Below are positions 9,364-19,058 of a stretch of 64,000 bases of DNA, one piece after another (within the stretch, counting starts at the first letter, position 1; each line of letters opens with the position of its first letter). Source of the stretch: a candidate division WWE3 bacterium. GTDB lineage: Bacteria > Patescibacteriota > WWE3 > UBA101185 > UBA10185. The stretch spans positions 70,206 through 134,205 of the forward strand of contig JACPGI010000003.1 in NCBI GenBank assembly GCA_016182565.1, in the 5' to 3' direction. A program made the position numbers and the translations under genes. The notes under the pieces are model-generated. The model searched no databases, was not told where the DNA came from, and saw only the letters and a list, made by a program, of their open reading frames with translations.

Positions 9364-10110
9364 ATGGAGAATCATATGAAACCATCTGAGTTTACTAAGA
9401 GAGTTGTTGAACTCATGGAAAGGCGAGAAGGAATCTTTGCCAACCGATTTAATGTTGAGGACTGGGTACCAACAGATCTTGATTCAAAAGGAAAAGCTTG
9501 TTTTCTGTTTTTCCTCACCCAATTGGATTATGCGATTAAATCTACGCTTTTGTATGAGGGTGCCCGAAAACTTTATGCAGTAAATCCAAAGTTTTTCACT
9601 GCGGAGTTTATCTTGGATCTATCAGAAAAAGAGTTGACGGATATGTTGGCTAAATACCTTAGACCGAGATATATAAACGAGGCAGTATTTCGCTATAAAG
9701 CAAACAGCCGAAAGCTACTCGATCTGTATCAGGGTGACCCAAGAAATATTTTTAGAGCTGGTGATGCTCCTACCATTCTTAAAAAAGTCTGGGAATTCCG
9801 AGGGTTTGGACCAAAGACTGGAAATCTGTTTTTCAGATCAATGGTGACAACGTTTGAGATGGACCTTGCAAATATCGAAAGCGTATTGCCGCCGGTTGAT
9901 ATACATGATGTACGAATTGCGAGATTGATGGACTTTGTTGATAGTGATCAGATGACAGAGCGAAATGTCAGGTTGGTTAAGGAAATGTGGAGCACAGCCT
10001 GTAGAGAAGCGCATGTTAACTGGTTGATTTTTGATAAAGCGTTGTGGCTTCTTGGTTCAATAGGTAAACCTACCTCGAAGGAAGATATCTTGAGATTACT
10101 AAACCCATAA
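9364..10110 (+). CDS. HhH-GPD superfamily DNA glycosylase-like protein
   Basis: FRGFGPKTGNLFF followed by PPVDIHDVRIARL matches the EndoIII-type HhH plus catalytic Asp pattern (GVGRKTA...VDTHVxRVxxRL). There is no C-terminal 4Fe-4S cysteine cluster. Confidence 0.5.
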   Translation: MENHMKPSEFTKRVVELMERREGIFANRFNVEDWVPTDLDSKGKACFLFFLTQLDYAIKSTLLYEGARKLYAVNPKFFTAEFILDLSEKELTDMLAKYLRPRYINEAVFRYKANSRKLLDLYQGDPRNIFRAGDAPTILKKVWEFRGFGPKTGNLFFRSMVTTFEMDLANIESVLPPVDIHDVRIARLMDFVDSDQMTERNVRLVKEMWSTACREAHVNWLIFDKALWLLGSIGKPTSKEDILRLLNP

Positions 10111-10161
10111 AAATAGGGATAGTTGTGTTTGGAATTTCCAACAACTATCCCTTGCTTTGTT

Positions 10162-11172
10162 CTATAACAGGAGTTTATCAACAGCACGATACACCTCTGC
10201 TAAGCTATTTGCTCTAACATCCGCCGATTGATCAAGCATCAGATTTCTCGACATAACATGTCCGCCAGAAGCTGAGTATAAGGTGCTCTTGGTATCATAT
10301 ATGATCAACTTTTTGTTCATGCCTCTTGCTAAACCTTGTAAAGCCGCGGCTCCGGGGTCCATCTCTGTACTGTCCGCACCAATAATCACGATGTCTGACT
10401 TTAAGACATTTTTTATGTCTATGTCCCCAAGTCTGACAATACTCTTTTCGTCCTTCACACGTTTGAGTGCAGTGGGATTAAGCCGGTTCGAGGTCGTTGT
10501 AGCGTATCCCTTAGCTTTAAGAGCTCGTTCTATCTCGGCGCTTAACATTCTGCACCACTCAAACTGATTACCAGCAAGTTCGATATGCACTGTTTTTGTG
10601 TTACTAAGACGAAATCCAGATGAAGGTCTTGGTTGGACTTTTTGTTTCAATACATACTCTGCAAGCTGCTCTGTAAGCTGATCAAGCGCTGCGGCTATGT
10701 GAAGACTCTGTTGTTGACTGTATGTACGTTTACCACCATCAGAGTATTCAACCACGCGTGTTAATTTGCTTACCATGTTCATTAGCACCGGATCAAGCGG
10801 AAAGGTTAGCCTTTTGCCATAAGGCAGTTGGATGCTAAAAAAATCCGTTAACCCGACTAACACAGGTACTCCTATGGCAAATGCGTATCCAATCTCGAAA
10901 CAAATTCCTTCATCCTTCGCCATACCGTTTAGAAATCCGACCAAGGCCAAGCTGCGGTGTAGACGTTGCAGGTCAGCTTCATAAATGTATTTCGCCTTGT
11001 TTGTGACGATGACACTTGCCTGATCAGTATCTCTGTAAGGTACAAAGGTTTTTACAACAGGTACGCGCATGGAGGTTAGTCTTAGCTTTATGCGTTGTTC
11101 AATCTCAGCTGAAAACCTTCTATCCTCTGGCGAAAACAAACGAGTGAATATATAGATCATATTCCTGTTCAT
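10162..11172 (-). CDS. Tandem nucleoside 2-deoxyribosyltransferase-like (NDT/PF05014-like) domain protein
   Basis: Domain 1 carries the NDT signature DEGICFEIGYAFAIGVPV. Domain 2 carries a degenerate copy, DPGAAALQGLARGMNKKLIIY, with Gln in place of the catalytic Glu. The gene and tmk lie in a visibly GC-richer segment. Confidence 0.55.
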   Translation of the reverse strand: MNRNMIYIFTRLFSPEDRRFSAEIEQRIKLRLTSMRVPVVKTFVPYRDTDQASVIVTNKAKYIYEADLQRLHRSLALVGFLNGMAKDEGICFEIGYAFAIGVPVLVGLTDFFSIQLPYGKRLTFPLDPVLMNMVSKLTRVVEYSDGGKRTYSQQQSLHIAAALDQLTEQLAEYVLKQKVQPRPSSGFRLSNTKTVHIELAGNQFEWCRMLSAEIERALKAKGYATTTSNRLNPTALKRVKDEKSIVRLGDIDIKNVLKSDIVIIGADSTEMDPGAAALQGLARGMNKKLIIYDTKSTLYSASGGHVMSRNLMLDQSADVRANSLAEVYRAVDKLLL

Positions 11173-11188
11173 TTGTCCTCCTTCATTT

Positions 11189-11776
11189 CTAACGTAACCT
11201 TGTGTTGATCAAGTCTCTGAGTTGCTCAAAGATGGTGCCAAAAGGTTGAGTAGCATCCAAGATTGGTGACTTCGTAGCTTGTGCATACTCTCTGTACAGT
11301 TTGCGTGCATGTTCCAGTTGTTCAGCTGTATACGGACATGGTTTTTTGGCTTCTTCACCACGTTTGAGTGACAACTTAACTGGTAGGTCTAGCACAATTG
11401 TGAGATCCGCTTGTGGGATTTTGGAGTTCACCGCTTTGACGAACTTCAGGTCATATCCTTCAAGTCCACGGTAGACATATGCTGAGACGTTCCAACGATC
11501 TGCTAATACTAGGTAACCCTTTTGCAAGGCAGGAAGCACAAAGCGCTCATACCTGATCGCCCGATCGGTTGCAAATAGATACGTTTTCAGGAAAGCTGTA
11601 AGGTTTTTCGCATACAGACCTTCCCAAATGAATGGGCCGATTGGCGAAGTAAGTTCTTTTGTAGTCAGAACTTCACTGCCTTGGCGCTGGTAATACTCGG
11701 CTAATCGAGTGATGTGCGATGTTTTTCCAGCATTGTCGATTCCTTCGAGTGCAACAAGTAAACCTTTGGTTTTCAT
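11189..11776 (-). CDS. tmk: Thymidylate kinase
   Basis: P-loop ALEGIDNAGKTS, the DRW/Y motif region and a 195 aa length are typical of Tmk. Confidence 0.85.
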   Translation of the reverse strand: MKTKGLLVALEGIDNAGKTSHITRLAEYYQRQGSEVLTTKELTSPIGPFIWEGLYAKNLTAFLKTYLFATDRAIRYERFVLPALQKGYLVLADRWNVSAYVYRGLEGYDLKFVKAVNSKIPQADLTIVLDLPVKLSLKRGEEAKKPCPYTAEQLEHARKLYREYAQATKSPILDATQPFGTIFEQLRDLINTRLR

Positions 11777-11866
11777 TTTCTCTCCTTTAGAATGAGTGTT
11801 ACTAATCTTATAGGTTGTAATGCTTGTTTTGTCAACTAAATTGGCTGTTGTGATAACATAAAGTAT

Positions 11867-12493
11867 ATGAGTAAAAATAGAAAAATATTATTTGCAACCA
11901 CTAACGAAAACAAAATAAAAAGAATTCAGAAGTTAATAAGAGATTTAGACATAGAGTTACTAACCCTCTCAGATATTCCAGAAAAGATCGATGAGCCGAA
12001 TGAATTTGGAGAGAATGCTGTGGAAATAGCCAAAAACAAAGCAATTTACTATTGGGAGGCGACTGGTAAAAAAATGCCGGTTCTTACCCAGGATGATACT
12101 ATGGACTTTTTGGGGAATGTTTCACCGGAGGATGATCCAAAAACTGCAATTAAGGAACCTGTTGTAAAAGCGTTTGGAGAGTACTCAATATCTAATGCGA
12201 TAGCCTATTACTCGAAGCTTGCAGAAAGATATGGTGGTGAAATTGACTTTGCATTTAGATACGGACATGGTTTTGTAAGTGAAGATGGGGCTAAAGGTGC
12301 TAGTTCTTCATTGTATGCCAAGCTTGTGAAAGACCCAAAGGGCATAGATAAAGTGGGTAAATATCCTTTACGTGCATTAACTAAACTTAAGATTGGGAGT
12401 AATTATGTTTATTCCGAAGACTCTACAGAAGAAGAAAAAGTTACAGCAGACTCTGATATTAAACGTGCTTTAGTTGAGTTACTTTGTTCTTAA
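11867..12493 (+). CDS. Ham1/RdgB-like non-canonical purine NTP pyrophosphatase (divergent)
   Basis: N-terminal KILFATTNENKIKRIQ...EPNEFGENAVEIAKNKA...PVLTQDD follows the ITPase pattern (KIVFATGNxGK...E.g.tf.eNA..KA...PvlADDSGL). The C-terminal half is divergent. Confidence 0.5.
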   Translation: MSKNRKILFATTNENKIKRIQKLIRDLDIELLTLSDIPEKIDEPNEFGENAVEIAKNKAIYYWEATGKKMPVLTQDDTMDFLGNVSPEDDPKTAIKEPVVKAFGEYSISNAIAYYSKLAERYGGEIDFAFRYGHGFVSEDGAKGASSSLYAKLVKDPKGIDKVGKYPLRALTKLKIGSNYVYSEDSTEEEKVTADSDIKRALVELLCS

Positions 12494-13263
12494 TTACCTG
12501 TATTTTCGTGCTTATTTCTGGAATTAAAATATGCACAATAGTCACAGTCTATATTCGCTTCGGGAATAGTGTTGGAGTTCAGACACTTTTTAATATCCAG
12601 TAGTTTATTTTCAATCCAGCTATCGTTTCCTTTATATTCTATGAGGGTCATTTCAAATTCAAGCTTGCCGTCGAATGTCTGCTTTTCAGTGTTGCCGTTG
12701 CAGTACACAAAATATCCACTTTCGCGGACTTTATACCCATTTTGCCTTAACAGCCACTGATAAACTTCCATTTGCCTTTTATAACCTTCGTGCCAATCTT
12801 TATCTAGTTGAGTTATTTCCTCGCTCTTACTTGTAGCTTTGTAGTCTACAACTATATATTCACCTTTTGAGTTTATCCACAGGTCGTCTAACGCCCCAAA
12901 AACATACAAATTTGTGGGTTTATGAAAAAACTGAATTCCCTTAAAATTATCTCTCCAAGTATCAAGATCTTTGTGGCTGGCCGGTTTTGCGTCAACTTTG
13001 TACTTAGCTATTAAAGGATGTTGCGTATCGCCTGTGCGATATGTATCAAACTCTTTTTTCAGTAAATGGTCTACAGCGCTGTTTAGGGCAAAAGGATATC
13101 CTGGGGGTCTACCTGTCCCCAATACCCTATCCAAATAGAAACATCTTGGGCAATCTATAAACAAGTCTATTTTTGACCTACTTAACTTAAATGGTTCTTT
13201 TGAATCCTTGAAATATAGGTATTTATCGGTTTTTTGCGAGTTATAGTATTTGCTCATATTCAT
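12490..13263 (-). CDS. Cas4/RecB-family PD-(D/E)XK nuclease with Cys clusters
   Basis: Motifs GALDDLW (D), EYIVVDYKAT (ExK) and QMEVYQWLL (RecB QxxxY) are present, with an N-terminal CPRC and a C-terminal C...CDYC consistent with an Fe-S/Zn site. There is no CRISPR context. Confidence 0.7.
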   Translation of the reverse strand: MNMSKYYNSQKTDKYLYFKDSKEPFKLSRSKIDLFIDCPRCFYLDRVLGTGRPPGYPFALNSAVDHLLKKEFDTYRTGDTQHPLIAKYKVDAKPASHKDLDTWRDNFKGIQFFHKPTNLYVFGALDDLWINSKGEYIVVDYKATSKSEEITQLDKDWHEGYKRQMEVYQWLLRQNGYKVRESGYFVYCNGNTEKQTFDGKLEFEMTLIEYKGNDSWIENKLLDIKKCLNSNTIPEANIDCDYCAYFNSRNKHENTGN

Positions 13264-13277
13264 CTGCTACTAATTTA

Positions 13278-14441
13278 TTAGCGATTTCCCTTAGCTCTAT
13301 TATGCGTTTTGCACAGCATTTGACAATTTTTATTAGTCGTTGCCCCACCTTTGCTCCATGCTGCTACATGGTCAGCATCCATTTCATTGAATTCCCAAAT
13401 TTTGCTGTTATTGGCATCGTGTCCAATAGTACAAAGTGGACAATTTGATATGTCTTTAGCTCTGGCGGTATCTGTCTGCATTGTATATACCGATTTTTTC
13501 GTTGCCTCATCAAACACACGGACCTCTAACAATTTTGTGTCTATAGAATTTCCTAGAATATACTCAAAAATACCTTTACGATTTTTAACATAGGGGTCGC
13601 TATAAAGCTTGTGTACTTCTTTTGATACTTTCACAGGATCATAGGCTTTTTTATGATACTGTTCATACAGTCGTCCCCACTCGAGACTGCGCATTTCACT
13701 TTCCACATCGACAAAAGTGCCCGATATCCAATCTAACACCGTGTTGAAATAGGTTTTTAATTCACTAATGCTTTTATCGTAACGATGACGACTCATGTAG
13801 TCCCCAATACTACCCTTGCTAACCCAATCTAAAGCTTGTTCCAAAAATTCCTGTCTGTTGGCGCTGCCTTTTATGTAAACGCCCCACTTTTGGATGTTTG
13901 CGTTTTGGCTGTTACTAAACTCTTCTTTGCATAATGTTACGAACGGACCAGAATACACTGCATTCAACAATTCTTGTTCGTTTAGCGGGATCCCTGCAAT
14001 ATTAATTGTTTTAAACCACTCTTTTATCTCGCTTTCAGTACCCTCACATTCATAGATGAGTAATGTAGTTTCCAAAATTTTGATTTGTTTGTCCTTAGCG
14101 ATACCGCTAAAATACTGTTCCATGCCGTTTTCATCTTTGATGGCAAATTTGTTAGTAACAAACCTACCTATGCTAGTGATTCGTTGTTGTCCGTCAAGAA
14201 CTTCAAATTTAGCCTCATTTACTTTTGTAAAATAAATTAAACCTATTGGGTACCCTTTTAGAATGGATTCAATGACAGCAACATCTTTTTTGCCATCAGC
14301 ATATATATAGTTACGTTGATACTCGGGTTGGATTGTGAGTTTACCTGATAGTCCGAACAGCCCTTTTCCTTCGAGTTCATTGTAAACGAACCCTTCGCAT
14401 ATATTTTTAATTGAAATACTTGTATTTAATGTTGTTTTCAT
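13278..14441 (-). CDS. GmrSD-like type IV restriction enzyme (DUF262 ParB-like NTPase plus C-terminal HNH)
   Basis: The N-terminus has the DUF262 signature IQPEYQRNY...LDGQQRITS. The C-terminus has the HNH motif [12 protein letters not shown]...[15 protein letters not shown]. Confidence 0.75.
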   Translation of the reverse strand: MKTTLNTSISIKNICEGFVYNELEGKGLFGLSGKLTIQPEYQRNYIYADGKKDVAVIESILKGYPIGLIYFTKVNEAKFEVLDGQQRITSIGRFVTNKFAIKDENGMEQYFSGIAKDKQIKILETTLLIYECEGTESEIKEWFKTINIAGIPLNEQELLNAVYSGPFVTLCKEEFSNSQNANIQKWGVYIKGSANRQEFLEQALDWVSKGSIGDYMSRHRYDKSISELKTYFNTVLDWISGTFVDVESEMRSLEWGRLYEQYHKKAYDPVKVSKEVHKLYSDPYVKNRKGIFEYILGNSIDTKLLEVRVFDEATKKSVYTMQTDTARAKDISNCPLCTIGHDANNSKIWEFNEMDADHVAAWSKGGATTNKNCQMLCKTHNRAKGNR

Positions 14442-15532
14442 TTTGTTACTCGCTTTCTTACAAATAATCTTTTATAAACTTCTTTACCCTTCAAATAAGA
14501 CCCTCTGCCATAAATATTGTTAGGATCTTGGTTAACACCACGATTTGATCCTAAAATCTCAAATTGTTTGGGATTATATTTATCTAAAAAGCTAACGGGT
14601 ACACCCATCACCCCCTTATAGTCACAGGGAATGCATTTAACAGTAGAAACTTCTATCGCATTGTAATTATCATATTTTTCAAACGGTTTTTTAGTAACGA
14701 ACTTTATTATATCTGCTTCGGTCATTAATGATAAAAATTCGTGAAGTCGCCCATGGTCTAAATTTGTAAACCAGCGAACGCCTTGAACTCTAGTTATAAA
14801 TACCTTTTCTCCATTTTCATTTGTTCTTATTTCTCTTACTTGCTCTAAGTTGGCAATATTCTCTGGTATCTCATAAAACATAGCACCTCCATTAATTTTA
14901 TAGTTGTTGCCAAGCCAAACTCTATTGTCTTTGATCAGCGGGAAAACTTCTATGTATGTAATTGCGTTTAAATTACCTATAAGCAGAAATTGTTTTTTAG
15001 CTTCCACAATCCAAGCTAGAAATTCGCGGAATAAAGAAAAAGGAGGATTTGTGATAATAATGTCTGCTTCGTTACGTAGTTTCTTAAGCTCGTCACTGCG
15101 GAAATCCCCATCACCTTCAAGGTAGTGCCATTCAAGATCTTCGATATTAACCTTTCCGTCGCTAGTATTATCTTTTGTTAAAGTAAATATTTTTCCGTTA
15201 CTAATAGTTTTATTTGCATCATAAAGTGGGTTATTTGTTTCGAAAAGTGTTGGTTGATAAGAGCTTTTATAGTTTTTACTCTTTGTTGCGTAACTGGTGC
15301 TTATTAACTTTTTTATGCCAAAGCGTTCGAAGTTTTGAGCAAAATACTTAGTAAAGTTACTCCATTCTGGATCATCGCACGGTAGTAATATAGTTTTATT
15401 GCGAAAAATATCGGGGTTGTACTCTATATAAGCGGAAACCTCTTTCTCTATATCAAAATATTGAGTATAAAACTCATCATTTTTAGCAGCCTTTGCTAAC
15501 TGCAATTTCTTATTTGCAAATTCATTTTTCAT
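14438..15532 (-). CDS. M.EcoRI-family N6-adenine DNA methyltransferase
   Basis: N-terminal [22 protein letters not shown]...[13 protein letters not shown] closely matches M.EcoRI (SDEFYTQYCDIENELQYY...CNCDDP). The catalytic motif [10 protein letters not shown], is present. The start was moved to the internal Met ([10 protein letters not shown]) that aligns with the M.EcoRI N-terminus. Confidence 0.8.
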   Translation of the reverse strand: MKNEFANKKLQLAKAAKNDEFYTQYFDIEKEVSAYIEYNPDIFRNKTILLPCDDPEWSNFTKYFAQNFERFGIKKLISTSYATKSKNYKSSYQPTLFETNNPLYDANKTISNGKIFTLTKDNTSDGKVNIEDLEWHYLEGDGDFRSDELKKLRNEADIIITNPPFSLFREFLAWIVEAKKQFLLIGNLNAITYIEVFPLIKDNRVWLGNNYKINGGAMFYEIPENIANLEQVREIRTNENGEKVFITRVQGVRWFTNLDHGRLHEFLSLMTEADIIKFVTKKPFEKYDNYNAIEVSTVKCIPCDYKGVMGVPVSFLDKYNPKQFEILGSNRGVNQDPNNIYGRGSYLKGKEVYKRLFVRKRVTK

Positions 15533-15621
15533 TGTCGTAGTGGTTTTAGAGAATAGAAACCAATGAAGGTCATCCATTCTCCGTGCAACCTTTCGGTAAC
15601 ACACATACTCTTTCGAGCATG

Positions 15622-15671
15622 ACCACTACGACATGATAGAGAAATGGATGACCATCTCTGCGTCGTAGTGG
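15622..15671. promoter_or_regulatory. Perfect 10 bp inverted repeat (CCACTACGAC/GTCGTAGTGG) with a 29 nt spacer, upstream of the MTase
   Basis: Seen directly: CCACTACGAC at 15623-15632 and GTCGTAGTGG at 15662-15671, with a nested AGAGA/TCTCT repeat in the spacer. It lies in a 314 bp divergent intergenic region. Confidence 0.3.
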
Positions 15672-15846
15672 ATTTGAAACCATGCTTAATTTATGAAGTT
15701 AAGTTTAGGTCTATTACCTTATTAAGTTGTACTAAGATCACGTTCTAATGTGATCACTAGAAGATTATACCCCAATAGTTTTCTAGTATGTAGGTTTTTG
15801 TAATAAATGCTGATTTTCGTTGTTACGGCAAGTATAAAGCGGTATA

Positions 15847-16512
15847 ATGTATGTTAGTATTATGGAAAAAAATAAAAAAATAACAACTACATCTAGAGAT
15901 GTAGAAACTACAAAAGAAAAACCTATCCTCGATAATTTAGAGAAACTTGTAAAAACGGAATCGCAGGGATTTCGACCTAGAAAACTCTTGGTAGATTTGG
16001 ATACCGCATATAAAGCTTACAACGAAGTTAAAGGAACCAAGAAAGCAGAAGATGCCGAAAAAACTTTAAATAATGTTTATAACGATGCAGTTTACGCATA
16101 TTCATTAGACAATCATGTTGCTATAACAGGTTCTGTGACCAAAACCTACAGACCATTGGTTGTAGGCATGACTGAACAGCTTATGGCGGAATTTGATTGT
16201 AAAGCACCGCATGAGAAGGCTTTAGCAGAGCTAATCGCAAGCTCGTACGCTCGTTATATCCAATTCACAAGTTTTTTTAATAATGCTCAAAATATAGATT
16301 ATCTGAGTACTGAAAAAACAAACTACTATACTATGTTTAGCAAAGAGGCCGACAAGGCACATAGGCAGTTTACTAACGCCCTCATGACATTAAAACAAAT
16401 AAAAACACCTGTTCCAACGGTGAACGTAATGGCGAAGAACGCTTTTGTAGCACAAAACCAGCAGTTAAACACTTTTGGTAATGAGAAACAAAAGGAAATC
16501 GTTAATGGGTAA
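15847..16512 (+). CDS. Hypothetical alpha-helical protein, first gene of the RT-containing gene string
   Basis: 221 aa ORF co-oriented with the downstream RT and overlapping it; no recognisable motif. Confidence 0.3.
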   Translation: MYVSIMEKNKKITTTSRDVETTKEKPILDNLEKLVKTESQGFRPRKLLVDLDTAYKAYNEVKGTKKAEDAEKTLNNVYNDAVYAYSLDNHVAITGSVTKTYRPLVVGMTEQLMAEFDCKAPHEKALAELIASSYARYIQFTSFFNNAQNIDYLSTEKTNYYTMFSKEADKAHRQFTNALMTLKQIKTPVPTVNVMAKNAFVAQNQQLNTFGNEKQKEIVNG

Positions 16513-16825
16513 TTATTCAGGAAATAAAATTTTAGTAGATGCTTGTCCAAAAATTACTTTAAAAGGAGTATTTGATGTTGCAAAAGATCAACTTCTAACT
16601 GAGCTTATGAAAAGAACGGCAAATGTTGCCGGATTTGATGTTGAATTTTCATCGAGTTCTCTTGCACACGGCGGAAAACGACTTTGGTTTAAGTGCCCTA
16701 TATGCAGTTCTCGTGCAGGTGTTTTATATAAGCACTTTTTAACTCAACAAGTTGGGTGTAGGACATGCTTAAATCTTGACTATAAAAGTAGAAGGTATAA
16801 AGGTATGACAGAAAACTCGGTGTAG
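16475..16825 (+). CDS. Hypothetical zinc-ribbon protein (CPIC...CRTC)
   Basis: 116 aa ORF with a C-x2-C...C-x2-C pattern. It overlaps the upstream ORF and precedes the RT. Confidence 0.3.
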   Translation: MVMRNKRKSLMGNYSGNKILVDACPKITLKGVFDVAKDQLLTELMKRTANVAGFDVEFSSSSLAHGGKRLWFKCPICSSRAGVLYKHFLTQQVGCRTCLNLDYKSRRYKGMTENSV

Positions 16826-16865
16826 CCTTTAGATTTACATAATAAAACCTGCCCAAAAAATTAAA

Positions 16866-18987
16866 ATGAATATGAAAAACGATATATTGTTTGATAATTT
16901 AGTAAATCCGAATAATTTGGAAAAAGCTTTTGATTACTTACTTATTGAAATAGAAGGGTCAAGCTTAGCCCTCGATCCACTGTGGACCCCTGCGGTATTA
17001 GCAATTAAAAAGCATAGAAAAGAATATTTCATTGCTCTTAGTGAGCTTTTGAGAAGTGGTGATTTTCATGCTGATTCAGCAACGTATTTTAAATTTCCCA
17101 AGGACAGTTTAGGTATAAGACCGGTGGCGGTACTATCTGTAACAGATAGGATAGTTTATCAAGCAATTTTTTTACAGCCAGTTTTAGGTAATATCCTTAA
17201 ATCCAAGTTTGTAACTCCACCTTGCTATACGCCTAATATTTCCTTAGGTCATGAAAAAACTTTCCTTGAAGATTGGCACATAAAATGGGATAGCTACATA
17301 GAGGATCAAGTTTTTGCTTATGTGGAAGGGTACAGATATAAGGTTGAGTTAGATGTAAAATCTTTTTTTTGATAACATAAATCACAAACTTATAAGAGAT
17401 TTTTTGACCAAAGATTGTGGAATCAACGGTACAAAAGTAATAGACATACTAATAAACCTATTAGAGACATGGGCTCACAAACCAGGCTTTGGTGTGCCCC
17501 AAGGACCGGAGGCATCTATATTTCTCTCATCCGCATATTTATCAAAATTTGATGAAAAAGCTTTGTCTGTTGGTAACGAGTTAGACTTCAAGATATTTAG
17601 ATATAATGATGACCTTAGTTTAATGGCAAAATCCCCAGAAATCCTCCATCAGGTTATAGAGATTTTATCAGGATATTTGTTTGATATATTCCTTGATCTA
17701 AACGGTAAAACAGCGTTTTACTTGCTTGATCAAAAAGAGATATCAAAACTAAATAAGAGGAGAATTTACTCTCCTTACAACGACGACGAAGATTCTGCTT
17801 ATACTCTTGCCACCATAGAGGATGAAGTTCCTGGATATTTAGAAAAGTTAGCAATAAATAAAAAACTTGAGCAACACGAAATATCGGCCCTGAAGTATTA
17901 CTTAAAGAGCGCAAAAAATAAAGCGTATTTCAAGCAACTTATTGATCTGCTAGATAAATCTCACTCCTTTTCATTATATATATGTAGATATGTACAAAAA
18001 TTTGTTGATGATGGAACCGTTTTTGCTTATTTGTTGAATGCCTATAACAAAAAGCATCTTTATTCGTGGACAAAGTTTTGGGTACTAAAGACTTTAATAT
18101 CATCGAAGTTATTTCAAAACTCCAAATATAAATATGATACAAAAGCAATGGTCTTGGATTCTTTTAATGATAAAAGTTGGGAAATTAGAGCACTTTGTTT
18201 ATATGTAGCCGAAGTTTTTGGTTTCCTAAGTGCTCCAACTATAACAATCGGAAAGTATTATAGATCCGCGGAAAATATCTACGAAAAGAGCATGACATCG
18301 TATTTACTCGGAAATAGAAAAGAATACAATTCCCTGTCGGAATTGTTAAGGAATGAATGTGTAGACCTGCAAATAATTGCTTACAGTTTTTTGAATAAAT
18401 TTGAATTGACACAGCTTCCAAACGATCTTTCACAATTTAGTCAAAAGTTGTTCAATATAAACGATGTCGAAGCAAAAAATGATTCTAATGTACAAATACC
18501 AAACTCTTTACTCGATCTTATTAGTGAAAGTGGAGCTGTTCACGTGACATTAGACACGAGTAAATTGAAAAAAGAGTTAGGTTTAACCTGGAACCATAAG
18601 GGTAGTATTTTGAAAAAATCAAAGCAGGTAGCCCATTGGTTGGAACAGAAGGAAACAGGTCATATCGTTATGGATGGAACGTACATATTGTCTAATCCTA
18701 ATGTTGATAGTGAAAACTGGACATTTATATCGTATGTTATTAGCCGATCTGGTAAGCAAATTACACGCAAAGAAATTAACGCTGATTCATCAGAACGTGT
18801 GTTACGCCCATTCAATAACATCCTTAATGATCTTGGATTTAAGGGTGAGATTAAGAAGTTATTTTTCCCTAAGACAGGCGATGACTCCGTAAGGTTTTTC
18901 TGTAAAATAAAATACGGAGATATGAAAACAATGTTGGTAGACGAAGAAAAGCTTAAAAGCCAGCTTAAAAAATTAAAGAGAATTTGA
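16866..18987 (+). CDS. Single-chain reverse transcriptase (Abi/DRT-like, about 700 aa with a C-terminal helical extension), interrupted by a frameshift in a T8 tract at 17363-17370
   Basis: RT motifs are all present: 1/2 PKDSLGIRPVAVLSVTDRIVYQAIF, A KVELDVKSFF|DNINHKL (split by the frameshift), B' GVPQGPEASIFLSSAYL, C RYNDDLSL (YxDD) and D/E LDLNGKTAFY. The C-terminal 430 aa or so is helical and non-RT. ORF1 (16866-17372) and ORF2 (17404-18987) join if one T is removed. Confidence 0.8.
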
Positions 18988-19058
18988 AGTTCTACGAACC
19001 ACCACGAAAGACTATGAAACACGGCTAGTAACCTCAGTAATGTTGCTATTCTTCCTGT

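Noticed and set aside
16866-18987. Reverse transcriptase as a group II intron or a retron
   Set aside because: There is no maturase X domain or endonuclease domain, and no recognisable domain V/VI hairpin (GAGC...GAAA-type) flanking it. At about 700 aa it is too long for a retron RT, and no msr/msd-like long inverted repeats were seen immediately upstream. An Abi/DRT-type RT fits better.
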